This document shows positions 29,275-37,631 of a stretch of 64,000 nt of DNA, one piece after another. Every line of letters begins with the position of its first letter. Position 1 is the stretch's first letter. A model generated the notes under the pieces. It did not search any database and had not been told where the DNA came from. It saw only the letters and a program-made list of their open reading frames with translations. This DNA comes from a bacterium (lineage in GTDB: Bacteria; Patescibacteriota; Minisyncoccia; Phycocordibacterales; Zambryskibacteraceae): contig JAUSDP010000020.1 of assembly GCA_030650605.1 (NCBI GenBank), positions 13,486-77,485 on the forward strand. Reading direction: 5' to 3'. Made by a program: the position numbers and the translations under genes.

Positions 29275-29687
29275 TCTTTTGTCTCGCGATCGCCAAGGGG
29301 CGTTGTGAAGTATTCATAAATTTGATCTAGATTTGCTTTAACTCCATATGACAAAGGAGTGCCATCTAAAAGCAAATCTACTGAAAGTTGCGTCAACACA
29401 TATTTAAACAAAGGATGTTTATGTAGTACTTCAGCCGGCATAAAAATAGATTTTCCGAAAATTCCATTTTCATCCTCGGTGTACTGCACTTCGGATTCAA
29501 CATCAATGTTCACATTTGCATATTGACGCAAACGTGGGATTGCATAAAACGCGACCAATGGCAAAAATCCTCTAGGTGAAAACACTTCAGATACCGTTAG
29601 ATCAGTGCCATTGAGCGAAAATCTAATATTTAATTCCTCATAAATTGCCGTGAGAAAGGCTGCTGGAGAATCAATATTTAATTTCAT
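29253..29687 (-). CDS. hypothetical protein (possibly translated from a leaderless mRNA)
   Basis: 144-aa ORF; TTTACA-17-ATATAAT ends 3-4 nt before the ATG. Confidence 0.45.
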   Translation of the reverse strand: MKLNIDSPAAFLTAIYEELNIRFSLNGTDLTVSEVFSPRGFLPLVAFYAIPRLRQYANVNIDVESEVQYTEDENGIFGKSIFMPAEVLHKHPLFKYVLTQLSVDLLLDGTPLSYGVKANLDQIYEYFTTPLGDRETKEWKPRNL

Positions 29688-29723
29688 ATAATTATATATC
29701 TACGAACAGTTTAATGTAAAAAA

Positions 29724-30179
29724 TTAAGGACGTGAAGACATCAATTCGTTTTCCTGATCGACTGTCATATCCTCATCCAGTTCAAGCTCAGATTTGGTTT
29801 TAAAAGTTTTTCTAGTGAAAGTGATAATTCTGTTTGAAACATTCGTCAGATATTCACTCATCGCATCCTCAACCGTAATGGGGTCGGCGAACATTCTCTC
29901 TTTTACGACCTGCACGATGTCTTTTGGAAACACATCTTCCGGAAAAACTTTATTCACGCACAAGTTGAAAGGTAACTGTGTTTCGTGGCCGTTATTGATC
30001 CAAATTTCAGCATCCAATTTAACATCCTTCTTGCCGCGTGCCATATCAATGGCGGCCTCCCTGAGCATACTTGCCGCCAGACGCGAAATAGCGCGATCCA
30101 TATTTTCATCACTTTCCAAGAGTGCCAGCTGCAGTGGATCTCGGTCACGTATTTCTGAGCTAAAGTTAGTTTGTTGCAT
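29724..30179 (-). CDS. hypothetical protein
   Basis: 151-aa ORF. Confidence 0.4.
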   Translation of the reverse strand: MQQTNFSSEIRDRDPLQLALLESDENMDRAISRLAASMLREAAIDMARGKKDVKLDAEIWINNGHETQLPFNLCVNKVFPEDVFPKDIVQVVKERMFADPITVEDAMSEYLTNVSNRIITFTRKTFKTKSELELDEDMTVDQENELMSSRP

Positions 30180-30369
30180 TTGTCACTCCCACAGGTGTAC
30201 GGAGCGAGCGCAACATATTTTCTTCAATATCGTCACCCAACTCCATTTCACGACGAACAACAGACGAATTTTCATTATTAACAAAAACGCGATTGAAATA
30301 CTCTTGTTGAACAGTAGTCATTGATGAGCGGAGTCTTCGAATGATTACTTGATTGATTGATACGGTCAT
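30166..30369 (-). CDS. hypothetical small protein
   Basis: 67-aa ORF coupled to neighbours. Confidence 0.3.
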   Translation of the reverse strand: MTVSINQVIIRRLRSSMTTVQQEYFNRVFVNNENSSVVRREMELGDDIEENMLRSLRTPVGVTNATN

Positions 30370-30380
30370 ATCATCTCCCT

Positions 30381-32711
30381 TTAATGTTGGCCAGAACGCG
30401 CCGAAAAAACTTCACTATCTTCTATCTCAGAAACTTCATTTAAGTCCAGATTATTTTGATTTTCAAATGCAATACTCGCTTTTACGCAAAACGTGTTCAT
30501 CAAGTTAACTATTAGGACTCGGTCTAATGCTTTTGGATAGCGATCGTCATCTGCTGATTCATCACGATTTGCACGAACCAGAAAATCATCGATCCAACCT
30601 CGCTCTTTCATTTTTTCATAAGTCCAGGTCTCGAAACTACGAGCAAACATCTCCACTGGTGTCGCCCAATAATCTCCACGCGCTGTATCCTTTTTAACAG
30701 ATGCGAGCAGAAAATTTGTATGAAAAACAGAAGATGAAAAATAATCACGCCAAAAGAATTCCGGTTTCGGACCACACATCTTTGCTTGAACCATTTGTTC
30801 AGATAAAGTGACGATGGATGAAGCTAATGCCACTGAAAACGCAGTGTCGCCACTATTCGAAAAATGTTTAGCTAGTTCAGGCAAACTACCTTCTGACAAC
30901 GCCAAATCTATCATTTCAGCCGCATTCTCCCAACTTTGAGAATGGGAGACGCCAGTTGCTATCAACGCGCAGGCTACTTTATCTTTTAGAATCGATACTT
31001 TGTGAACTAGCGAGTTCGCGCATTTCTTTTCTGCGTCCGAATCGTCAAACTTTCGAATATAAATACGACGCATTGCCTCATCTAAAGCGTGGCAGGCATC
31101 GCCAAATTCTCTTATTGATTGTGGTGCTCTCGCATTGTGCCCTGCGGCGACAAACTCTCGTGGCATTTCCATGCTGATGTTATATATTTTTTGACGGCCA
31201 CGTCGCTGATCTTTATTAATAAAAAACTGAGACGCCATGAAACGCCCGGACTGAGAAATTTGCATATTATTTGTGCGCATAGCCACAATGGCGTGCTTTG
31301 CCAACATATAATCCAATGCATGTCCCCATTCGTGCGCAAGTGAGCCTGCACCACTCATCCGGGTGAGATGAATTACTTCGCGACCGGGTTCAAAATGTGC
31401 GGCGGCACCTGAGCGCCCTCTGGCACCAAAACTTAACGCCAATGCACCATCAAAGCCAATTTTCTTCTTCCCTATATCCATAATGGACACTAAGGCCGAA
31501 AACGCATCGTAAGCGCGATTCATCACTTCTTGGCGCTCTTGTTGCGGCAACCAATTTCCAAATTCAATAGCGCGAAATCCAAAATCTCCCATCAATTGTT
31601 CTGCTGTTACATCGAGTTGACAACGCCAATCAACCCCAACTTTTCTGACGTTTTCAAGGTGCGCTATTTTTGTACCATCCGCATCAATGTCTTCACTACT
31701 TTCTGACTTTTTCTGACGGGGAGCAACAAATTTTTCGGGAAATAGAATTGCCCATTTTTTCTCTTCTAGTTCCGTCTCATCCTCGATCTGAAAAAGATCC
31801 CGATGGCGAATTTTCTGATGGATGGGTGCGTCCACTTCGTGGTACCAACTGGAGAGCAGGCAATTGAACTGCCGGCCAAAGAGTCTTGATATATCTCGCC
31901 AGTTCCCAGTTGTTTCGATCCAATCAATATTGCCTGTTTTGGTATTTGTTTCACAGATCAATAAGTCGCATTCGCTTAGCGCTAGAAGGTATCTATCGTG
32001 GACATCTTTCGTTGTCTTCGGAAGTGGTTCAGCAAAAATGGAATTCTTTAAAACCGTCAATGTTTCAATATAAAGAAGTGCGTCTTTCGCAAATTTTGCT
32101 TCGGTTTCGTACAGTTTTTTAATATTCGAGTTGATTTTCCGACGAAGAACCCGGATTGCAAAAAGTGCCTCAGCACCGACACCGAGTGCTTTTGCATCGT
32201 CAGCAGTAACGGAAGGCCAAATATTGTCACGCATCACAGAGTTCGTTTTTTCGACTTCGGTCATGCCTTCGAGATCGGAGTAAATCAATACTTTAGAGAA
32301 AAAGTCTTTCCTTGCGCCGCCAATTTTCTCACCAAAATCCTCAATACGTTCTGCGTTTTCTGTTGTTCTAGTTCGTGTCTTTTCCCGAGATTTAGATGCC
32401 TTCTTCGTTAAAGCGTCATTCTTCTTTACCATGGCAGCATAAGCTAGAGCATCAATAAAGATCTGAGTATTTGGAATTTCTTGAATTAAGGACCTTAAAT
32501 CAACATCAATATGCGGAAACCAGCTTTTACAGTCGGATAGCGTAAAAGATGTACCAGGCTTTTTACACGTAAAGCCATTCGCAAACACATCAAAATTTTC
32601 GTTGGTAGAGAGATCTGCCCCTCTCACAAATAAGCGCGTTGGAGCATCTCTCTGCGATCCAGGGATCACAGAGAGATGTATACCAAACGCAGACAGATCA
32701 GGCCATTTCAT
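30381..32711 (-). CDS. large multidomain polyvalent-type protein with an HExxH zincin-like metallopeptidase motif
   Basis: 776 aa; HEWGHALDYM (HExxH) preceded by a Gly-rich segment; this architecture recurs in plasmid and phage polyvalent proteins. Confidence 0.45.
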   Translation of the reverse strand: MKWPDLSAFGIHLSVIPGSQRDAPTRLFVRGADLSTNENFDVFANGFTCKKPGTSFTLSDCKSWFPHIDVDLRSLIQEIPNTQIFIDALAYAAMVKKNDALTKKASKSREKTRTRTTENAERIEDFGEKIGGARKDFFSKVLIYSDLEGMTEVEKTNSVMRDNIWPSVTADDAKALGVGAEALFAIRVLRRKINSNIKKLYETEAKFAKDALLYIETLTVLKNSIFAEPLPKTTKDVHDRYLLALSECDLLICETNTKTGNIDWIETTGNWRDISRLFGRQFNCLLSSWYHEVDAPIHQKIRHRDLFQIEDETELEEKKWAILFPEKFVAPRQKKSESSEDIDADGTKIAHLENVRKVGVDWRCQLDVTAEQLMGDFGFRAIEFGNWLPQQERQEVMNRAYDAFSALVSIMDIGKKKIGFDGALALSFGARGRSGAAAHFEPGREVIHLTRMSGAGSLAHEWGHALDYMLAKHAIVAMRTNNMQISQSGRFMASQFFINKDQRRGRQKIYNISMEMPREFVAAGHNARAPQSIREFGDACHALDEAMRRIYIRKFDDSDAEKKCANSLVHKVSILKDKVACALIATGVSHSQSWENAAEMIDLALSEGSLPELAKHFSNSGDTAFSVALASSIVTLSEQMVQAKMCGPKPEFFWRDYFSSSVFHTNFLLASVKKDTARGDYWATPVEMFARSFETWTYEKMKERGWIDDFLVRANRDESADDDRYPKALDRVLIVNLMNTFCVKASIAFENQNNLDLNEVSEIEDSEVFSARSGQH

Positions 32712-32722
32712 GTTACTTAAAG

Positions 32723-33052
32723 CTATCCGCGAGGAGCAAAAGAATTTTCATGCTCGGTACTAATTAGGATGTTTTCCTTGACGGAAGTACCAGGCATAAA
32801 TGCCGCCATATCATCAGCAGAAGCCTGTTGCTGAAACATTTTTTCTGCTTTATCCAAAAAACCATTAATAGATTTCGCTGCAGTTTCGTAGTTTTCGGCA
32901 CATTGCTCGGCCAAGCCAGTGCTTACTGGTATTCCAAGACGACTGCCTACCAACACGATATCGTGCAAGTCTTTACCAGCTCCGCGAAATTTACCGATAC
33001 CATTCGCGATTTTTAGCGCTTCATTCATCATCATAACAACTCCTCTTCTCAC
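32723..33052 (-). CDS. hypothetical protein
   Basis: 109-aa ORF. Confidence 0.35.
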   Translation of the reverse strand: MRRGVVMMMNEALKIANGIGKFRGAGKDLHDIVLVGSRLGIPVSTGLAEQCAENYETAAKSINGFLDKAEKMFQQQASADDMAAFMPGTSVKENILISTEHENSFAPRG

Positions 33053-33055
33053 ATT

Positions 33056-33709
33056 TTACGACTGAATATTTTTACATTTTGGATATGCGTTACAACCCAA
33101 AAAGGTTTTATTGTTCTTGCTACTTAAGCGGGTTTCCATCTTTCCTTCGCCGCATTTGGAACAGGTTTCGCCATGACCTGGCAATGAATCAAACTGAGGG
33201 CGTTCTTTTTTAGCGTACCCTCCTTTTTCGCGCTTACTTTGAATGTGAGTACCATCAATTTCAAGCATGAGGGCGCGATCCACTACTTGCTGAACATATT
33301 TTTCAATTCCACTCATAAACGCTACAGGAGTCGTTTTTCCTTCTGCCACATTTTGCAATCCAAATTCCAATAAGGCGGTTCGCCCTGGATCCCCTAGGCC
33401 CTCATCAATAAAAGAATCCAACTCGATTGCCAATGGTGAGGCATCCAAATATTTTCCATCGCGAAGAACCAAACCATCCGCAACGACTTTTTCAATCACG
33501 TCAGGTCTGGTTCTTTCCGTACCCAAACCTTTTGTCTTCATTAAAATTGATCGCATCCGATCATCAGTGACGAATTTATGGACGCCAACCATGTCATCCA
33601 ATAGCGTCGCATCGGTATATCTTGAAGGCGGAGCGGTCTTTCTTGCATCTACCCGACCACCACGAACCGATACCTGTTGGCCGGCCTGAAATGGAAGTTG
33701 AGTGGCCAC
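33056..33709 (-). CDS. C-terminal fragment of a type IA DNA topoisomerase (Topo III-like) with a Zn-ribbon; GTG start right after a TAG
   Basis: KTAPPSRYTDATLL ... TKGLGTERTRPDVIEKV matches the PPxRYTEAxL ... GIGTPATRAxII region; C-terminal CSKCG ... CNAYPKC zinc ribbon. Confidence 0.6.
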   Translation of the reverse strand: MATQLPFQAGQQVSVRGGRVDARKTAPPSRYTDATLLDDMVGVHKFVTDDRMRSILMKTKGLGTERTRPDVIEKVVADGLVLRDGKYLDASPLAIELDSFIDEGLGDPGRTALLEFGLQNVAEGKTTPVAFMSGIEKYVQQVVDRALMLEIDGTHIQSKREKGGYAKKERPQFDSLPGHGETCSKCGEGKMETRLSSKNNKTFLGCNAYPKCKNIQS

Positions 33710-33715
33710 CTATTC

Positions 33716-33886
33716 AATCTCCGTACTTTTTTCAGGCTTTATCCTAGCGAAGTCGTATTTCACCAGATCAGGCGCTATTGACTCAACAAGGCTTTCTTGA
33801 TCAACCTCGGCAGTGCGAACATCTTGTTCGCCGTCAGCTCCAAAAACCAATGTTTTGTCGCTATTGGACGGTGTTATTGACATAGT
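33716..33886 (-). CDS. 57-aa ORF immediately upstream of the topo C-terminal fragment
   Basis: Not in the track; AAGGAATAACT-ATG RBS; ends in TAG directly followed by the GTG of the next ORF. Confidence 0.3.
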
Positions 33887-33892
33887 TATTCC

Positions 33893-34198
33893 TTAATGTG
33901 GATGGCTGTTTCTGGTTAGCTCGTCTCGTTGAACAAGTGCATTTTCAAATACTAAAACTTCGTTTTTCAATTTCTGAACAAAATGTTCTAGCCGGTTATC
34001 CTCGCTGAGCAAAAACAAAGAGAACCGTTCCAAACCTTTACGATCGGTTCTAATACCAATGTCTTCTTGATCTAATAGCTCCGATGCCTTCGATAAGAGA
34101 ATGCACTCATCTTCATCTGGCAAACGTTGCCGGAAATAGTTTTCCGCCGCCTGCTCAGAATGATAACGTTCCAAATCTTCGTATTGAATTTCATTCAT
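33893..34198 (-). CDS. hypothetical protein
   Basis: 101-aa ORF, 4-nt overlap with ardC. Confidence 0.4.
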   Translation of the reverse strand: MNEIQYEDLERYHSEQAAENYFRQRLPDEDECILLSKASELLDQEDIGIRTDRKGLERFSLFLLSEDNRLEHFVQKLKNEVLVFENALVQRDELTRNSHPH

Positions 34199-35172
34199 TT
34201 TGGGCTTATGGAAAACGTTTCTTCCTCATCCATTAGAGAAGAAATGCTGTCAAAATCAAAAGTAAAGTCGCTGAGATCAATTTCATTCATAGGAACGTAA
34301 TCGGGGTTATTTGTGAACTGCATCAAATAATCACTCGATTTTTCTGCCTCGGCCGCAGCTCTGAAGAAAACGTTTTTATCATTGTCGATCGCTTCCATCC
34401 AATCGCCGATATAACTTACGTGCTTATCGAGCTTATAAGAAACGCCAAAATCTGAGCATAAATAGACCGAAGTCAATTCTGCGACAAGTTCTTCTGCTGC
34501 ATAAGTTTTCATGTCACGATCCATGCGACCAGACGCCTTCGTCCAGTGAGCCATTTCATGTAGTAGGGTCGCGTAATATCCTTCCGTGTCATGAAATGAT
34601 TCTTTGGCTGGCATAGAAATCAAATCTTGACTCGGTATGTAACATGGGACATCTCTCATTCCAAACTCAAGGACGGCGCCAGATGCAGCGACCATCGCTT
34701 CAATTGCGTCATTTGAATGAATCTTAAGATCTGGAACGATAACCTCGGGCATGGAGGTCATTTGTTGAGCATTAAATACAGTGGCGTAAAAAGGACAAGG
34801 GCGATCGAGCTTCTTGTTTACGTAAACTGGCTTACCGGTTGCGGGATCGGTCTCATCAGTTTTGACACTTTTAGTGAACGACCAATATTCAATTGTTGTC
34901 CCCTTCTCTCCCTTTTTAACACTCACTTCAAGTTTTTTGGCTTGGTTGAAAGTCATCCAGCGAGAGTCGGTATAACCTCGCGCTAGAGCGACCATACCGA
35001 GCACAACTCGATTCCCTCCACGATAGCGCTTTCCGGTCGTCGGATTGAGTGGAGACATAACTGAAACAGCGCGTGCAGATGAAACGCTCCAATCCGGTTC
35101 CCAAGGCTTAAAGCCTAGGCTCAATTGATTAACAATTTCCTTGGAAAGGTTTTCGCGCAACTCTTTTGACAT
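34195..35172 (-). CDS. ardC: ArdC-family antirestriction / ssDNA-binding protein with a C-terminal zincin-like metallopeptidase
   Basis: N-terminal DUF1738-like region and C-terminal LLHEMAHWTKASGRMDRD (HExxH) as in ArdC; AGAGGA RBS. Confidence 0.8.
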   Translation of the reverse strand: MSKELRENLSKEIVNQLSLGFKPWEPDWSVSSARAVSVMSPLNPTTGKRYRGGNRVVLGMVALARGYTDSRWMTFNQAKKLEVSVKKGEKGTTIEYWSFTKSVKTDETDPATGKPVYVNKKLDRPCPFYATVFNAQQMTSMPEVIVPDLKIHSNDAIEAMVAASGAVLEFGMRDVPCYIPSQDLISMPAKESFHDTEGYYATLLHEMAHWTKASGRMDRDMKTYAAEELVAELTSVYLCSDFGVSYKLDKHVSYIGDWMEAIDNDKNVFFRAAAEAEKSSDYLMQFTNNPDYVPMNEIDLSDFTFDFDSISSLMDEEETFSISPK

Positions 35173-35383
35173 CACATCCTCTGTTTATTAATTTCGTATA
35201 TGTAATATTACACGGAAATTATAATAAAAGGAATTATGAAACGATACAAAATTAATTGGCGTACTAGCTACTCTACGAAATTCTATGGTGATTTTTTGTT
35301 TGGTTGCCGCTTCTCAAAAATTAATGCCTCACGGCCAATATAGCGAGATCGAGTTCCTACCTGCCGGCACCTTTAACTTCTTT

Positions 35384-35717
35384 TTCTCACCCCTGCACGC
35401 AGGGTATAACCATCCGAGCAACGTGTTGGTGGCACACGATCACTTCTCAACCCTGCACGCAGGGGGGATAACATGGCTGTCGGTGCTGGCGTCGTCATGT
35501 TTAATTTCTCACCCCTGCACGCAGGGGGGTAACAAACCGGTGTGGCACAACTCTTTACGTCTTCCATTCTCACCTCCGCACGCAGGGGGATAACAAGGTT
35601 AGTACAGTCGGTTGGTTTTCTGCCCTATTCTCACCCCTGCATGCAGGGGGATAACAGCATTGCAAATTGCCGGAGGATCGCCGGACCCGTTCTCACCCCT
35701 GCACGCAGGGGGATAAC
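35384..35717 (-). CRISPR. CRISPR array: 6 repeats of 27-29 nt (consensus GTTCTCACCCCTGCACGCAGGGGGATAAC on the plus strand) with 5 spacers of 32-33 nt; I-E-like hairpin repeat. Strand is uncertain: minus is inferred from the cas operon orientation and the degenerate distal repeat
   Basis: Repeats at 35384-35410 (degenerate, AGGGTATAAC), 35444-35472, 35505-35533, 35566-35594 (two substitutions), 35627-35655 (one substitution) and 35689-35717; spacers are unique. Confidence 0.85.
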
Positions 35718-35738
35718 TCTCATTATAACCTGATGATT

Positions 35739-36068
35739 TTAATCAATAATTTTGATGTCTTCACTTGTGCCAAGTTTTACATTACTATTTACGGTTAAAT
35801 ATTTTATTAGTTGTAGTCCGTGATTATCACAAACCTGTCTCGCATTTTGACCATGACTTGCAACAATAAAACCTGTTTCTGTTTTGGCAGCAAAAATGCA
35901 AATTGCCGAACATTCCGTATTTTTGATTTCATCCCAAATTTGCTTTGTTTTTCGTGAAGATAATTTCCAAACAAAAGTGCCTGGCCGAATCTCCAACATT
36001 ATCCGTTGCAGGTAACCAGTTAAACTTTTAGGGGCCTTTTTTATGTCCAAAACAACTAAACTAGTCAT
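35739..36068 (-). CDS. cas2: Cas2, I-E-like
   Basis: 109 aa; MTSLVVLD ... ETGF pattern aligns to I-E Cas2; 4-nt overlap with cas1. Confidence 0.85.
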   Translation of the reverse strand: MTSLVVLDIKKAPKSLTGYLQRIMLEIRPGTFVWKLSSRKTKQIWDEIKNTECSAICIFAAKTETGFIVASHGQNARQVCDNHGLQLIKYLTVNSNVKLGTSEDIKIID

Positions 36069-36889
36069 TTATCAGACCTCATTAAATGTTCGATAATATT
36101 AATAATTTTTGAAGCAGTGTTATCTCGCCTAAAGACATCTCTACACAACACTCGAATTCCAGATTCATTTACATTTATATTAGTTGAATATAATTCGATC
36201 GCAGCAGGAACAATTGTCTTAAATTTAATCGTGTCAGCAATATCAAATACAAATGATCGTGGATCGCCAGAATGAATGAACCCAATCGCCGGTGAATATC
36301 CAAGTGCAAGAATCGCAGCTTCGACCAATCCATAAAGCGCAGCGTTTGCTGTACTTATTGCGCGATTTAACGGATCTGACAACGAAGAACGTTGATCTCT
36401 TCCTAGCCATTTAACATTGTATCTTGCAGAAATTTCACGATACAAATCATAAACTTTTGCACCTTCGATCCCACGCAGTTGATCAATACTTCTTCCAGCT
36501 GGAGGTTCAACATCAAACATCTCCCGATAAATATTTCTCGCCATCTCCAAACGTCGCGATGGATCTAAATGAATGGAAGCTTGATGTAACAATTTTTGCG
36601 CTACAGCCCCACCTGGATTGCCAGCCGAATAACATCTAACTCCTGCCTCACCAATCCAAAGTATTAAACATCCCGATTCGGCACATGCCTTGACTGCGGC
36701 ATGTGTAACAACAGTCCCAGGTTCAATACAGATAACGCTTGTTGCACCGACAGGAAAATGTATTTTGCTATCGCCTTGTCGTAAAACGACCGCGTGCCCA
36801 TCAAGTTCAAGCACACCATATTCTGCATAAATAAAAGTTACCCGATCCACGATAGGGATCGGGTAATCTATCAACGAACGTCCACTCAA
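36065..36889 (-). CDS. cas1: Cas1 integrase, I-E-like
   Basis: 274 aa; long collinear similarity to E. coli Cas1 (GEAGVRCYSAG ... LRGIEGAKVY ... GFIHSGDPRSFVFDIAD). Confidence 0.9.
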   Translation of the reverse strand: MSGRSLIDYPIPIVDRVTFIYAEYGVLELDGHAVVLRQGDSKIHFPVGATSVICIEPGTVVTHAAVKACAESGCLILWIGEAGVRCYSAGNPGGAVAQKLLHQASIHLDPSRRLEMARNIYREMFDVEPPAGRSIDQLRGIEGAKVYDLYREISARYNVKWLGRDQRSSLSDPLNRAISTANAALYGLVEAAILALGYSPAIGFIHSGDPRSFVFDIADTIKFKTIVPAAIELYSTNINVNESGIRVLCRDVFRRDNTASKIINIIEHLMRSDK

Positions 36890-37602
36890 GCGATTAATTC
36901 CTTGGACATTACCCGATCAGTTTTTCTCCAATACGGCGGCCGGATACACGCCTGAACAGTGGCATAGGAAAATCCTGCTTTACCTGGCTCATCCAAAGGC
37001 AATACACGTAAGCGCCAATCATCTTCACGGTCATGTGATGACACATCAATGCTTGCTACACGACCGTAACCATTGCGTCCGACTTTGCCAATGTATTTAA
37101 TATGCTGAGTGAGATAATACTCAATGGCGTCAATGTCTCCAACGCCATACGCCGTAATATCACGGACCCAACGGCTTGCAGTCAACCATTGATAACCACG
37201 TTGTTGACCGCTAGCGGTTTTAATCCCAAACGTTTCAGGATCAATACCTCGCACGTTCCCATTTTTCAGAAAGCCTGAAACCCACACACCATCGGGCGTA
37301 TCTTCTGTATACAAATCCTTGAAGTACATCTCCGGATCAGATTTACGAATTTGATTCGACAGCATGATGTCACTCGATGCGGCCACAATCAATTTTGACG
37401 TTTTCCACACCCAGTCCTTGCCATCGGTGCGTGCAAGAAAATCTGACATATGCTGATCGGTCTTGGCCCAGCAATCATCCTCGCCAGCACGCTCCATTTC
37501 CTGCACGCTTGCATAGGCCAGAAGAGCATCCAGATGAATCGGATATTCCGAATCCATAAAAAGCGGCGAAGCAAGAGTGATCTTAACTTTAAAAGGCTGC
37601 AT
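36886..37602 (-). CDS. csf3: Cas5-group RAMP, Csf3-like
   Basis: N-terminal ASPLFMD ... HLD RAMP motif and C-terminal Gly-rich loop GKVGRNGYGRV; position matches csf3 in type IV-A; 4-nt overlap with cas1. Confidence 0.55.
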   Translation of the reverse strand: MQPFKVKITLASPLFMDSEYPIHLDALLAYASVQEMERAGEDDCWAKTDQHMSDFLARTDGKDWVWKTSKLIVAASSDIMLSNQIRKSDPEMYFKDLYTEDTPDGVWVSGFLKNGNVRGIDPETFGIKTASGQQRGYQWLTASRWVRDITAYGVGDIDAIEYYLTQHIKYIGKVGRNGYGRVASIDVSSHDREDDWRLRVLPLDEPGKAGFSYATVQACIRPPYWRKTDRVMSKELIA

Positions 37603-37631
37603 AAAAATGCTCCTGATTGAGGTGTTGATTT

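Noticed and set aside
35285-35733. Track ORFs 35285-35593 (+), 35373-35573 (-) and 35542-35733 (+) with repeated LHAGG / PLRAG peptides
   Set aside because: They are translations of the CRISPR repeats; the periodic peptide motif simply mirrors the 61-nt repeat-spacer period.
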